Assembly (NCBI GenBank): GCA_002369235.1
Contig: DFFF01000024.1
Coordinates: 6,586-70,585, forward strand
Direction: 5' to 3'
Source: Verrucomicrobia bacterium UBA3783
Lineage (GTDB): Bacteria > Verrucomicrobiota > Kiritimatiellia > RFP12 > UBA1067
Length of the DNA stretch: 64,000 bases
Shown one piece after another: positions 57,210 through 64,000 of the stretch. The position numbers and the translations under genes were made by a program. The notes below the pieces were generated by a model. That model was not told where the DNA came from. It made no database searches and saw nothing but the letters and a program-made list of their open reading frames with translations. Position 1 is the stretch's first letter; the number at the start of each line of letters is the position of its first letter.

Positions 57210-58861
57210 TCGTCAAGATGAAACATCTCGACCTCCTGTGCCTCGCGGCCGAGGAGGAAGCGACGCTCAAGGCGCTGCGCGGGCTTGGCGCGGTGCATCT
57301 CGATTTCGCAGCCGCCGGCGGCGTTGCGGTTGCCGCCGCGAAGGGCGAAGCTGCCGATGCCGAAAAAGCGGTGAATCTCATCCTCAAGGCGCGCGAGGCT
57401 TCTGAAATGGTCGAGCGCAGGGCGCATTCGGCGAAGGAGGTGCTTGAATTCGATTCCGAGCGCACCGAAATCAGGAGCGAGCTCGAGGCGGTCGAAAAGG
57501 AAATCCGCGCCTACGAACCCTACGGAGATTTCGATCCCGCGCTCGCGCAGAAACTCATTGACAAGGGGATAGATCTCGCGTCGGTCGCGACGCTCCCGGA
57601 GAAGCTTCCCGCGCGTCGCCTGAGCGTCATGATGCGCGAGCGCGAGAGGTTAGTCAACCGCATCAATATTCTCACCGACCGCATCGCCGGCACTGATGAA
57701 AAGGCGATCTTGAAGAATTTTCCGAAGCTGGCCGACAAGATCGAATTCGAGTGCGCCAAGGAACTGATGCAACGCGCCGGCAAGATTGCCGTCGTTTCCG
57801 GATGGATTCCGGCCAAGGCGGCGGACGATTTGAAGGCGAAGGCAGCAGAATGCGGCTGGGGCACGCTTCTGCGCGATGCGGAAGACGGCGAAATGCCGCC
57901 CACGCTTATCGAGCCGCCGCGCCTTTTCCGGCCGGTGAAGGCGCTTTTCGCGGGGCTCGGCATCGCCCCGGCATACAACGAGGCGGATGTATCGGTGCCG
58001 TTCATGTGCTATTTCTCCGTCTTCTTCGCGATGCTCGTGGGCGACGGCGCTTACGGCGCCATCTTCCTCGCCGCCACGATTTTCGGATGGTGGAAGACGC
58101 GCGGCGTCCGCTCGCCGCTGGCCAAGAGCTGGCTTGTCATGCTCACGGTGTTTTCGTCGGCGACGGTCGTCTGGGGTGTTCTCTCCAATACCTGGTTCGG
58201 CGCGGGCATTCCGTGCTGCAAGTCGTGGCCCACGGTCGAGTGGCTTGCCGATCCCAGTTATCGCCACATGATGCTGCTCTGTTTCACGATCGGCGTTTCG
58301 CACCTCATGCTGGCGCGCATCTGGAACGGAATCTGCATGTTTCCGGATTCCACCGCCGTGGCGCAGTTCGGTTGGGCGGGCGTGCTCCTTTTCATGTATA
58401 TGGTGACGAATTCCATAGTCGGCATCTTTTCCGGGATTCCGGTCTGGGGCTATGCGGTCTTCGGCGTGTCGCTAGTCGCGGTCTTCGGGTTCTCCGTGAA
58501 GCCGTCGGAGCTTAAAGTGAAGGGCGCGGAACTGGGGATGCTGCCCTTGAACATCATGTCGGCTCTGGGCGACATCATCTCATACGTGCGCCTTTTCGCG
58601 GTCGGCCTTGCGTCGGTGAAGGTGGCGGAGAACTTCAACTCCATGGCGACCGGGCTTTTGAGTTCTGAAAACGCCATTTGGGTCAACTGCATAATGGCGG
58701 TGGCGATGGTGCTCATTCTCGTGCTCGGCCATGCGCTCAACCTTGCGATGGCGGGGCTTTCGATTCTCGTGCACGCGGTGCGCCTCAATACGCTCGAGTT
58801 CTCCAACCACAAGGGCGTCTCGTGGTCTGGCTACGCGTTCAAACCTTTCCGTAAACATTAA
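57206..58861 (+). CDS. ntpI: V-type ATP synthase subunit I
   Basis: 551 aa with a soluble coiled N-half and a C-half of about 7 TM segments. The conserved ...ISYVRLFAVGLAS... and LSILVHAVRLNTLEF are present. Confidence 0.8.
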   Translation: MIVKMKHLDLLCLAAEEEATLKALRGLGAVHLDFAAAGGVAVAAAKGEAADAEKAVNLILKAREASEMVERRAHSAKEVLEFDSERTEIRSELEAVEKEIRAYEPYGDFDPALAQKLIDKGIDLASVATLPEKLPARRLSVMMRERERLVNRINILTDRIAGTDEKAILKNFPKLADKIEFECAKELMQRAGKIAVVSGWIPAKAADDLKAKAAECGWGTLLRDAEDGEMPPTLIEPPRLFRPVKALFAGLGIAPAYNEADVSVPFMCYFSVFFAMLVGDGAYGAIFLAATIFGWWKTRGVRSPLAKSWLVMLTVFSSATVVWGVLSNTWFGAGIPCCKSWPTVEWLADPSYRHMMLLCFTIGVSHLMLARIWNGICMFPDSTAVAQFGWAGVLLFMYMVTNSIVGIFSGIPVWGYAVFGVSLVAVFGFSVKPSELKVKGAELGMLPLNIMSALGDIISYVRLFAVGLASVKVAENFNSMATGLLSSENAIWVNCIMAVAMVLILVLGHALNLAMAGLSILVHAVRLNTLEFSNHKGVSWSGYAFKPFRKH

Positions 58862-58880
58862 TCCACAAGGAGAAAAACAA

Positions 58881-59333
58881 ATGAGTGATGCAGCAATGAT
58901 TGTCGCGGGCGCGATCGCCTGCTTGGGTCTAGCCGGCGCCGGTAGCGCGTTCGGCACCGGTCTTGCCGCGGCGGCAGCCGTAGGCGCCTGGAAGAAGTGC
59001 TATGCGGCGGGCAAGCCTGCTCCCTTCCTCCTCCTCTCGTTTGTGGGCGCTCCGATTACCCAGACGCTTTATGGAATGATTTTGATGTTCATCATGCTCG
59101 GCAAGACCGAGGTCGCAGGCGCAGGCATCCCCTGCCTCGTCGCGGGTATCTTCGCGGGGCTCGCGATCGGTCTTTCCGCGCTCTTCCAGGGCCGCGCCGG
59201 AGCCGCCGCATGCGATGCGCAGGCCGAGACCAACCAGGGCTTCACCAACTACCTAGCCGCGCTCGGCATCGTCGAGACGGTCGCCATCTTCGCGATGGTG
59301 TTCGCCCTGATCGCGCTCTCCAGCGTCAAGTGA
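58881..59333 (+). CDS. ntpK: V-type ATP synthase subunit K (proteolipid)
   Basis: The ATG at 58881 has an AAGGAG RBS. It is 150 aa with 4 Gly/Ala-rich TM helices and a conserved Glu in GIVETVAIFAMV. Confidence 0.8.
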   Translation: MSDAAMIVAGAIACLGLAGAGSAFGTGLAAAAAVGAWKKCYAAGKPAPFLLLSFVGAPITQTLYGMILMFIMLGKTEVAGAGIPCLVAGIFAGLAIGLSALFQGRAGAAACDAQAETNQGFTNYLAALGIVETVAIFAMVFALIALSSVK

Positions 59334-61150
59334 TCGGGCTCAAGCCCAAAACGGCTTGGTTCCTCGCCTTTACCGCGGCCTTTGCGGTATTGGCGGGGTT
59401 CGTCTTTTGGGGAACATGGAGTTTGTCGGCGTGCCCCGTCATGCCGGACGCTCAAATGTATTTCCCCGTCCAGGGTTGTTTGCGCAAGTTTATATACGGA
59501 TTTCTAAAGACCGGCAAGTTCAACCCCTATGAGCTTAAATACTTCCTCGGCAGTCCCTATTTTTGGCAGGAGCTTCAATATGTTTTAGGCGGGTATTGCG
59601 CCGCGCTCGGACTGGCGTATTATCTGCGCGGCAGGGGCGTCTCGAGGCCGGCGAGCTACGGCGCAGGATTGCTGCTCGGCTTTTGCGGATATTGGTTTTC
59701 GCTGTTTTCGGCAGGGCATGCCGGATGGTTCCACTGGATGCTTTACGGCGTCTTTGTCTTTGGTCTTGCCGACAGGGCCGTCAGAAAAAACAAGACGAAG
59801 AACTGGGTGCTGCTGGGCGCGTGTCTGGCGTGGGCGAGTCCGTTCCAGCCCGACCTTTTCCTCCTCTTTTCTATCCTTTCAGCCGCCTATTTCGCATGGT
59901 GCTGTTTTCGCGAGCGCAAGTTGCCGGACTGGAAAGGGTGTCTCATCGCCGCTGCGGCTTTGTTCGTCATCGGCACGCCTAGTTTTATAAATGCACTATT
60001 CGTGGATCTCGCCTTGCGCGACGCCCAGATCGAGGAATCGAAAGACTCGGCGCTTTCGGGCGGCGGACAACAGGACGACAGCGAGGCTAGATGGATATTC
60101 GTGACCAACTGGTCGCTGCCGCCGTCGGAGTCGCTGGAGTTTTTCATTCCCAGAATCAACGGGGACACGAGTTGCCGCATGGTGCTGGCGCTGGGAGGGC
60201 GGCAGAAAACCGGCGTCCGGCCTTATACTGGCGCATTGGGCCGACCCATAAACGCCAAGCGCGGCAACTATCGTCAGCACTCGCTCTATGTAGGATGGAT
60301 TACCTGCCTGCTTGCGGTTTTTGCGGTCGGGCTTGCATTCGCACGTAGGCGCGGAGCTTCCGGTCATTCGCCCGGCAAGTCCGGGCCGTCGGATGTCTGG
60401 TTCTTTTCGTGCGCGGCCGTTATCTGCTGGCTGCTGTCGCTAGGCAGATATTGCGAGCCGGTCTACCGGGTCGTGTTCGCGCTGCCTTTCGGCGACTATC
60501 TGCGTGCGCCGGTCAAGTGGCATCACCTCACCGAATTGTGTCTGTGTGCGCTTGCGGGATATGGATTGGATGGCTTGCGCCGCCTTCTGTCCGCGCACAG
60601 GAATATTGGCGGCGGCATTGCGGTTGCGGTCGTCGCGGCGATCGCCGTAGTCGGTGCCGTGGATCTGGCTAGAATCGACAAGCTTTATTGCGCGGCGATT
60701 GACTTGCGCGCGGTCAAAGCCCGCAATCCGGCGGCAGAAGCAATCCTGCGGCAGGGGAAGGGCAAAGTGGCCGACCTCGTAGATGGCGGCAATGGATTGA
60801 CCTCCTGGAGTTTCAGCGCGAGAGACCTTGAAATGACCGGCGATCCCGGCGAACAAGGAGTGCGGTTCGTCTGGATGCCATTGTCGGGTCTCGGGGACAA
60901 GGAGTTTTCGGGATGGCTCAAATCTCGAAACGCCAGACTGCTGGGCACTTACCTTATAACGGCAACAGGGATAAAAGAAGCGAACGGCAACAAGGCGAAT
61001 GCCGCATTGTTCCTTTTCCCCGATGTCGCGCCGCAGCCCGATGGCGGACAGACAGTGCCGCCGTTCACCATCTTGACCTTGCTTGGCGTTGTTTCCGTAT
61101 TCGGGTCTGCGGCGGCGCTTGCTTGCGCAATCAAGAAGGGGTGTGGATGA
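59330..61150 (+). CDS. Large polytopic membrane protein (YfhO / glycosyl- or acyl-transferase-like topology), function unknown
   Basis: The GTG at 59330 overlaps the ntpK stop (GTGA) and is in frame with ORF 58997-61150. About 10 TM helices are followed by a ~200-aa extracytoplasmic domain and a C-terminal TM. The start is uncertain. Confidence 0.5.
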   Translation: MIGLKPKTAWFLAFTAAFAVLAGFVFWGTWSLSACPVMPDAQMYFPVQGCLRKFIYGFLKTGKFNPYELKYFLGSPYFWQELQYVLGGYCAALGLAYYLRGRGVSRPASYGAGLLLGFCGYWFSLFSAGHAGWFHWMLYGVFVFGLADRAVRKNKTKNWVLLGACLAWASPFQPDLFLLFSILSAAYFAWCCFRERKLPDWKGCLIAAAALFVIGTPSFINALFVDLALRDAQIEESKDSALSGGGQQDDSEARWIFVTNWSLPPSESLEFFIPRINGDTSCRMVLALGGRQKTGVRPYTGALGRPINAKRGNYRQHSLYVGWITCLLAVFAVGLAFARRRGASGHSPGKSGPSDVWFFSCAAVICWLLSLGRYCEPVYRVVFALPFGDYLRAPVKWHHLTELCLCALAGYGLDGLRRLLSAHRNIGGGIAVAVVAAIAVVGAVDLARIDKLYCAAIDLRAVKARNPAAEAILRQGKGKVADLVDGGNGLTSWSFSARDLEMTGDPGEQGVRFVWMPLSGLGDKEFSGWLKSRNARLLGTYLITATGIKEANGNKANAALFLFPDVAPQPDGGQTVPPFTILTLLGVVSVFGSAAALACAIKKGCG

Positions 61151-61356
61151 AAAAGTTTCTCGATGATGTGGCATCTGTTCTTGATGTCGAAACCGTGACG
61201 CCGGACATGCGCTTTCGCGATGTCGATGGCTGGTGCAGCCTCATGGCATTTGGTTTGTTGGTCATGATGGAAAACGATTACGGAGTTGCGCTGACAATCG
61301 AGGAATTCATGCGACTCGAGACGGTCGAAGACCTCTACCGGCTAGTCGCAAGGTAG
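61147..61356 (+). CDS. Small acyl/peptidyl-carrier-protein-like protein (69 aa)
   Basis: The ATG at 61147 is in an ATGA overlap. DVDGWCSLMAFGLLVMMENDYG resembles the carrier-protein D-S-L helix II region, with Ser in CSL. Confidence 0.4.
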   Translation: MKKFLDDVASVLDVETVTPDMRFRDVDGWCSLMAFGLLVMMENDYGVALTIEEFMRLETVEDLYRLVAR

Positions 61357-61421
61357 AGCGCGACGAATTCCATCGAGCCAATTTCGCGGTGCGCAAAACG
61401 GTGGACTTTTCGCTCGGTTTT

Positions 61422-61430
61422 TGATATAAT
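61422..61430 (+). promoter_or_regulatory. Extended -10 element TGATATAAT upstream of the STAS gene
   Basis: The plus strand reads CGGTTTTTGATATAATATAT, 48 nt upstream of the ATG at 61479. Confidence 0.5.
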
Positions 61431-61478
61431 ATATTGCGAAAATCGGCAAACGACAACAGCAGAAAGCAGTCAACGACA

Positions 61479-61772
61479 ATGAATATCGATAAGAAGCTTG
61501 AGGGTGGCAAATTGATTCTCGCGCCGGCAGGCAGAATCGACACCAACACGTCGCCGGAATTGGAAGATGCGCTCGTCTATGACGGCGTGAATGAAATCGT
61601 GTTCGACTTCGCGGCGGTGGAGTATATTTCGTCGGCCGGTCTGCGCGTTCTTATGACGGCGCAGAAGGCGATGATGGCCGCTGGCGGCAAGATGACGGTG
61701 AAGAGTCCCAACACGATGGTCAGGAACGTGCTTGACATGACCGGGATGAGCTCCATCTTCACGATCGAGTAA
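61479..61772 (+). CDS. STAS-domain anti-sigma-factor antagonist (SpoIIAA/RsbV-like)
   Basis: 97 aa. ...LILAPAGRIDTNTSPELEDAL....IVFDFAAVEYISSAGLRVLMTAQK...VRNVLDMTGMSSIFTI is present, with the phosphorylatable Ser in ISSAGLR. Confidence 0.8.
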   Translation: MNIDKKLEGGKLILAPAGRIDTNTSPELEDALVYDGVNEIVFDFAAVEYISSAGLRVLMTAQKAMMAAGGKMTVKSPNTMVRNVLDMTGMSSIFTIE

Positions 61773-61782
61773 AGCGCATCCG

Positions 61783-62463
61783 ATGGCGGCGCGATCCTTC
61801 ATCCTTGCTTGGCTTTTCACTTGTCAGGCTCTCATGGCGTCGGAACTGCCGCCGCTCGTGTTGCTGACAGCAGCGGAAACCCCGCCGTTTGCGTATGTAG
61901 ACGAGCAGAACGGAGAGGTGGCAGGGCTGGAGATTGAGATCGCGCACGAGGCCGCGGAAAAGCTTGGCCGCACGCTTGAAGTGCGCAAAGCCGAGTTTTC
62001 GGAGCTTCTGCCAGCCGTAAGCGAAGGACGTGCGGACATGGCCGCGGGGATAACAATCACCGAAGGGCGGCAGAAGACGGTGGACTTTTCGATTCCCAGC
62101 AGCTGCGAAGGCGGCATGTTTTTGTATCGCTCTGGAGATCCGATGCCGACGATCGCATCGGCAGAGTTGATCAAGGTGGCCACGGCGGAGGCGTGCACCT
62201 ACGATTTTTATCTCGTCGCCCATGACATCGACCCGATTCGCTACGAATCGTATTCTGCCGCGGTGGCGGATCTCAAGGCCGGGATTGTGGATGCCGTCTT
62301 CTATGTCAGCAGCGCGGTGCGCATTTCCGCCGGCGAATCGGGCGGGGAACTTTCGTGTTCGCGGATGGAATTTCGCGAGAACATCGCCTTCGCGGTGCAA
62401 AAGGGAGACCGCGCCCTCAAAGTCGCGCTTGACGAAGCAATAGCGGCAAGGAGCGGAAAATGA
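61783..62463 (+). CDS. Periplasmic solute-binding protein, family 3 (amino-acid ABC type), copy 1
   Basis: PPFAYVDEQNGEVAGLEIEIAHEAAEKLGRTLEVRKAEFSELLPAVSEGRADMAAGITITEGRQKTVDFSIP is present; 226 aa. Confidence 0.75.
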   Translation: MAARSFILAWLFTCQALMASELPPLVLLTAAETPPFAYVDEQNGEVAGLEIEIAHEAAEKLGRTLEVRKAEFSELLPAVSEGRADMAAGITITEGRQKTVDFSIPSSCEGGMFLYRSGDPMPTIASAELIKVATAEACTYDFYLVAHDIDPIRYESYSAAVADLKAGIVDAVFYVSSAVRISAGESGGELSCSRMEFRENIAFAVQKGDRALKVALDEAIAARSGK

Positions 62464-63134
62464 ATTTTTTGGCGGCGGCATTGGTGCTTGTGACTACCGG
62501 CAGTACGCCGCCATTGTCGTATATCGACGAAACGACCGGAGAGATTGTCGGTACCGAAATCGAGATCGCGCGCGAAGCCGCCGAAAGTCTGGGGTGCACG
62601 CTCGAGGTGCGAAAAGAAACATTTCCGGAACTTTTGCCGATGGTCAGCGATGGCCATGCGGACATGGCGGCGTCTGGGATTACGATTACCGACGGTCGGC
62701 GGCAGACTGTAGATTTCACCATCCCTTATACGACCGAAGGCGGCATGTTCCTTTATCGCGCTTCGGAGGCGATGCCGTCTTTGGGCAAGAATATCAGGCG
62801 CTTTCGCATCGGCACGATGGATGCCTCGACCTACGACTTCTATCTCGTTGCGCATGGCGTCGATCCGGTGAGGTATGATGTTTACGGGAGTGCGGTTGAC
62901 GATCTTCGCGCAGGGAAGCTCGATGCGGTTTTCTACGACAGCTGTTCCGTCCGCATCACGGCGGAGGAATCCGGCGGTGAATTTGTATTTTCGCCGCTTG
63001 AGACGCGCGAAAATTTCGGGATAGCGATCGCCAAGGGCAACAGCGCGTTGAAGGCGGCGTTGGACAATGCGATATTGCGCCGGATTTCCGCCCGCGGCAC
63101 TAGACGTCATTCAGGCAAGAGGATCAAGCGATGA
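62460..63134 (+). CDS. Periplasmic solute-binding protein, family 3, tandem paralogue (copy 2)
   Basis: PPLSYIDETTGEIVGTEIEIAREAAESLGCTLEVRKETFPELLPMVSDGHADMAASGITITDGRRQTVDFTIP is present. Its start overlaps the copy 1 stop. Confidence 0.75.
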   Translation: MNFLAAALVLVTTGSTPPLSYIDETTGEIVGTEIEIAREAAESLGCTLEVRKETFPELLPMVSDGHADMAASGITITDGRRQTVDFTIPYTTEGGMFLYRASEAMPSLGKNIRRFRIGTMDASTYDFYLVAHGVDPVRYDVYGSAVDDLRAGKLDAVFYDSCSVRITAEESGGEFVFSPLETRENFGIAIAKGNSALKAALDNAILRRISARGTRRHSGKRIKR

Positions 63135-64000
63135 AAATGTCCGCACAGAAGAAATTGGTATGGCGGCTGATTGTGGCCGTTCTCGTCGCGTTTGCGGCGT
63201 CGATGGTGCTTACTTGGCTGTTGCACGAGAACATGAGCCGCAACGAAATGGACCGGCTGGTCGAAAACGTGTTCGATGACGTGGAAGTGAAAATCCGCGA
63301 GAAGGTTGATCAGCGTCTCATCCGCCAGGCGATGACCGTGCGCGACAGGCTCTACACGATGCGCACGAAAGCGTGGTGGAACGATCCCGACGAATCATCG
63401 CGCCAGCTGCGGGTGCTCGCGGATGAACTGGGCGTGGACGAGATATGCGTGGCCGATGCCAAAGGGATGCTGACGCACTCTGCGCGCCGCGAGGAAGTAG
63501 GGGCGCTCGATTTCGTGAAAGACGAAGGCCAGGCGCACGAGTTCGTCGCGCTCCTTACCGAAAAATCCGAATTGACCCAGCCGCTTTTGCCCAACTCGCT
63601 CCGCGGCGAGATGGTGAAATATGTCGGGGTATGGATTCCCGATGGCGGATTTTTGCAGATCGGATGCAGCCCGAAGTCTTTGCAGAATCTCGCCCGCACC
63701 GCCGTCACGGGGCTTACGCACGGCTGGCATGTGAGCGGCGACGACGGCGGCATTTACATAACAACCTCCAAAGGCACCATAATCTCCCATCCCGAAAATG
63801 GCGGCGAGGGCGGGCAGTGGCGGGATCCGGGCGAGGATTTCTATTGCCAGACGCGCGCGATAGAAGGCTTCCCTGTATACATCGCAATCCCCAAGAAGAC
63901 GGCGATAGTCGAACGCCGCGTGCTCGTTGCGACATCGGCGTTCCTCAACGGCATGGCGCTTGTTCTCGCCGCGTTCCTCGTGGGTATTGTTATCGCGAGC
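63131..64000 (+). CDS. Partial CDS: membrane sensor protein (TM - extracytoplasmic sensor domain - TM; output domain beyond the window)
   Basis: The ATG at 63131 is in an ATGA overlap. My translation MKMSAQKKLVWRLIVAVLVAFAASMVLTWLL...VLVATSAFLNGMALVLAAFLVGIVIAS is open for 290 codons to the window end. It is not in the ORF track because it has no stop. Confidence 0.6.
   Translation, partial: MKMSAQKKLVWRLIVAVLVAFAASMVLTWLLHENMSRNEMDRLVENVFDDVEVKIREKVDQRLIRQAMTVRDRLYTMRTKAWWNDPDESSRQLRVLADELGVDEICVADAKGMLTHSARREEVGALDFVKDEGQAHEFVALLTEKSELTQPLLPNSLRGEMVKYVGVWIPDGGFLQIGCSPKSLQNLARTAVTGLTHGWHVSGDDGGIYITTSKGTIISHPENGGEGGQWRDPGEDFYCQTRAIEGFPVYIAIPKKTAIVERRVLVATSAFLNGMALVLAAFLVGIVIAS

Overview
High-GC bacterial chromosome segment, roughly 60% GC by eye, spanning the replication-origin neighbourhood. 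Calls rest on reading the ORF translations and raw DNA and on recalled family signatures; no homology search was run. Every supported gene left of ~34.99 kb is on the minus strand and every gene right of ~35.16 kb is on the plus strand, which looks like replichore divergence. Chlamydia-like V-ATPase subunits and many GFTLVELLVV-type prepilin proteins suggest a PVC-group organism (inference). Left arm: a type III secretion translocon operon with an LcrG-like gene, a coiled-coil protein at the tip position, an LcrH/SycD-class chaperone, two hydrophobic translocators and three small helical paralogues. It is followed by a ~10.7 kb surface-glycan island ending at tRNA-Arg(UCU): GT1, GT2, GT8, a WecE-like aminotransferase, a tandem ATP-grasp fusion, a hexapeptide acetyltransferase, two kinase-fold proteins and an ORF6N gene. 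Then come a bS22-like micro-ORF, hisG, an RND efflux operon, an XRE/zinc-ribbon regulator, a THUMP methyltransferase, dnaN, dnaA and a much-expanded mnmG. Right arm: a tightly coupled 13-gene string of gspF, nine pilin-like genes, a secreted protein, a membrane protein and polA. After that come purA-uppS-cdsA, gpmI, an amidase, V-ATPase D-I-K, and a STAS / tandem binding-protein / sensor module. The most unusual part is the 1.1 kb dnaA-mnmG spacer. It holds a tract almost free of A on the plus strand, a perfect palindrome of DnaA-box-like 9-mers, a phase-locked 9-bp CTAG array of about 47 units, and six 22-bp dyad repeats. Four perfect parS palindromes are also written in frame into an insertion inside mnmG.
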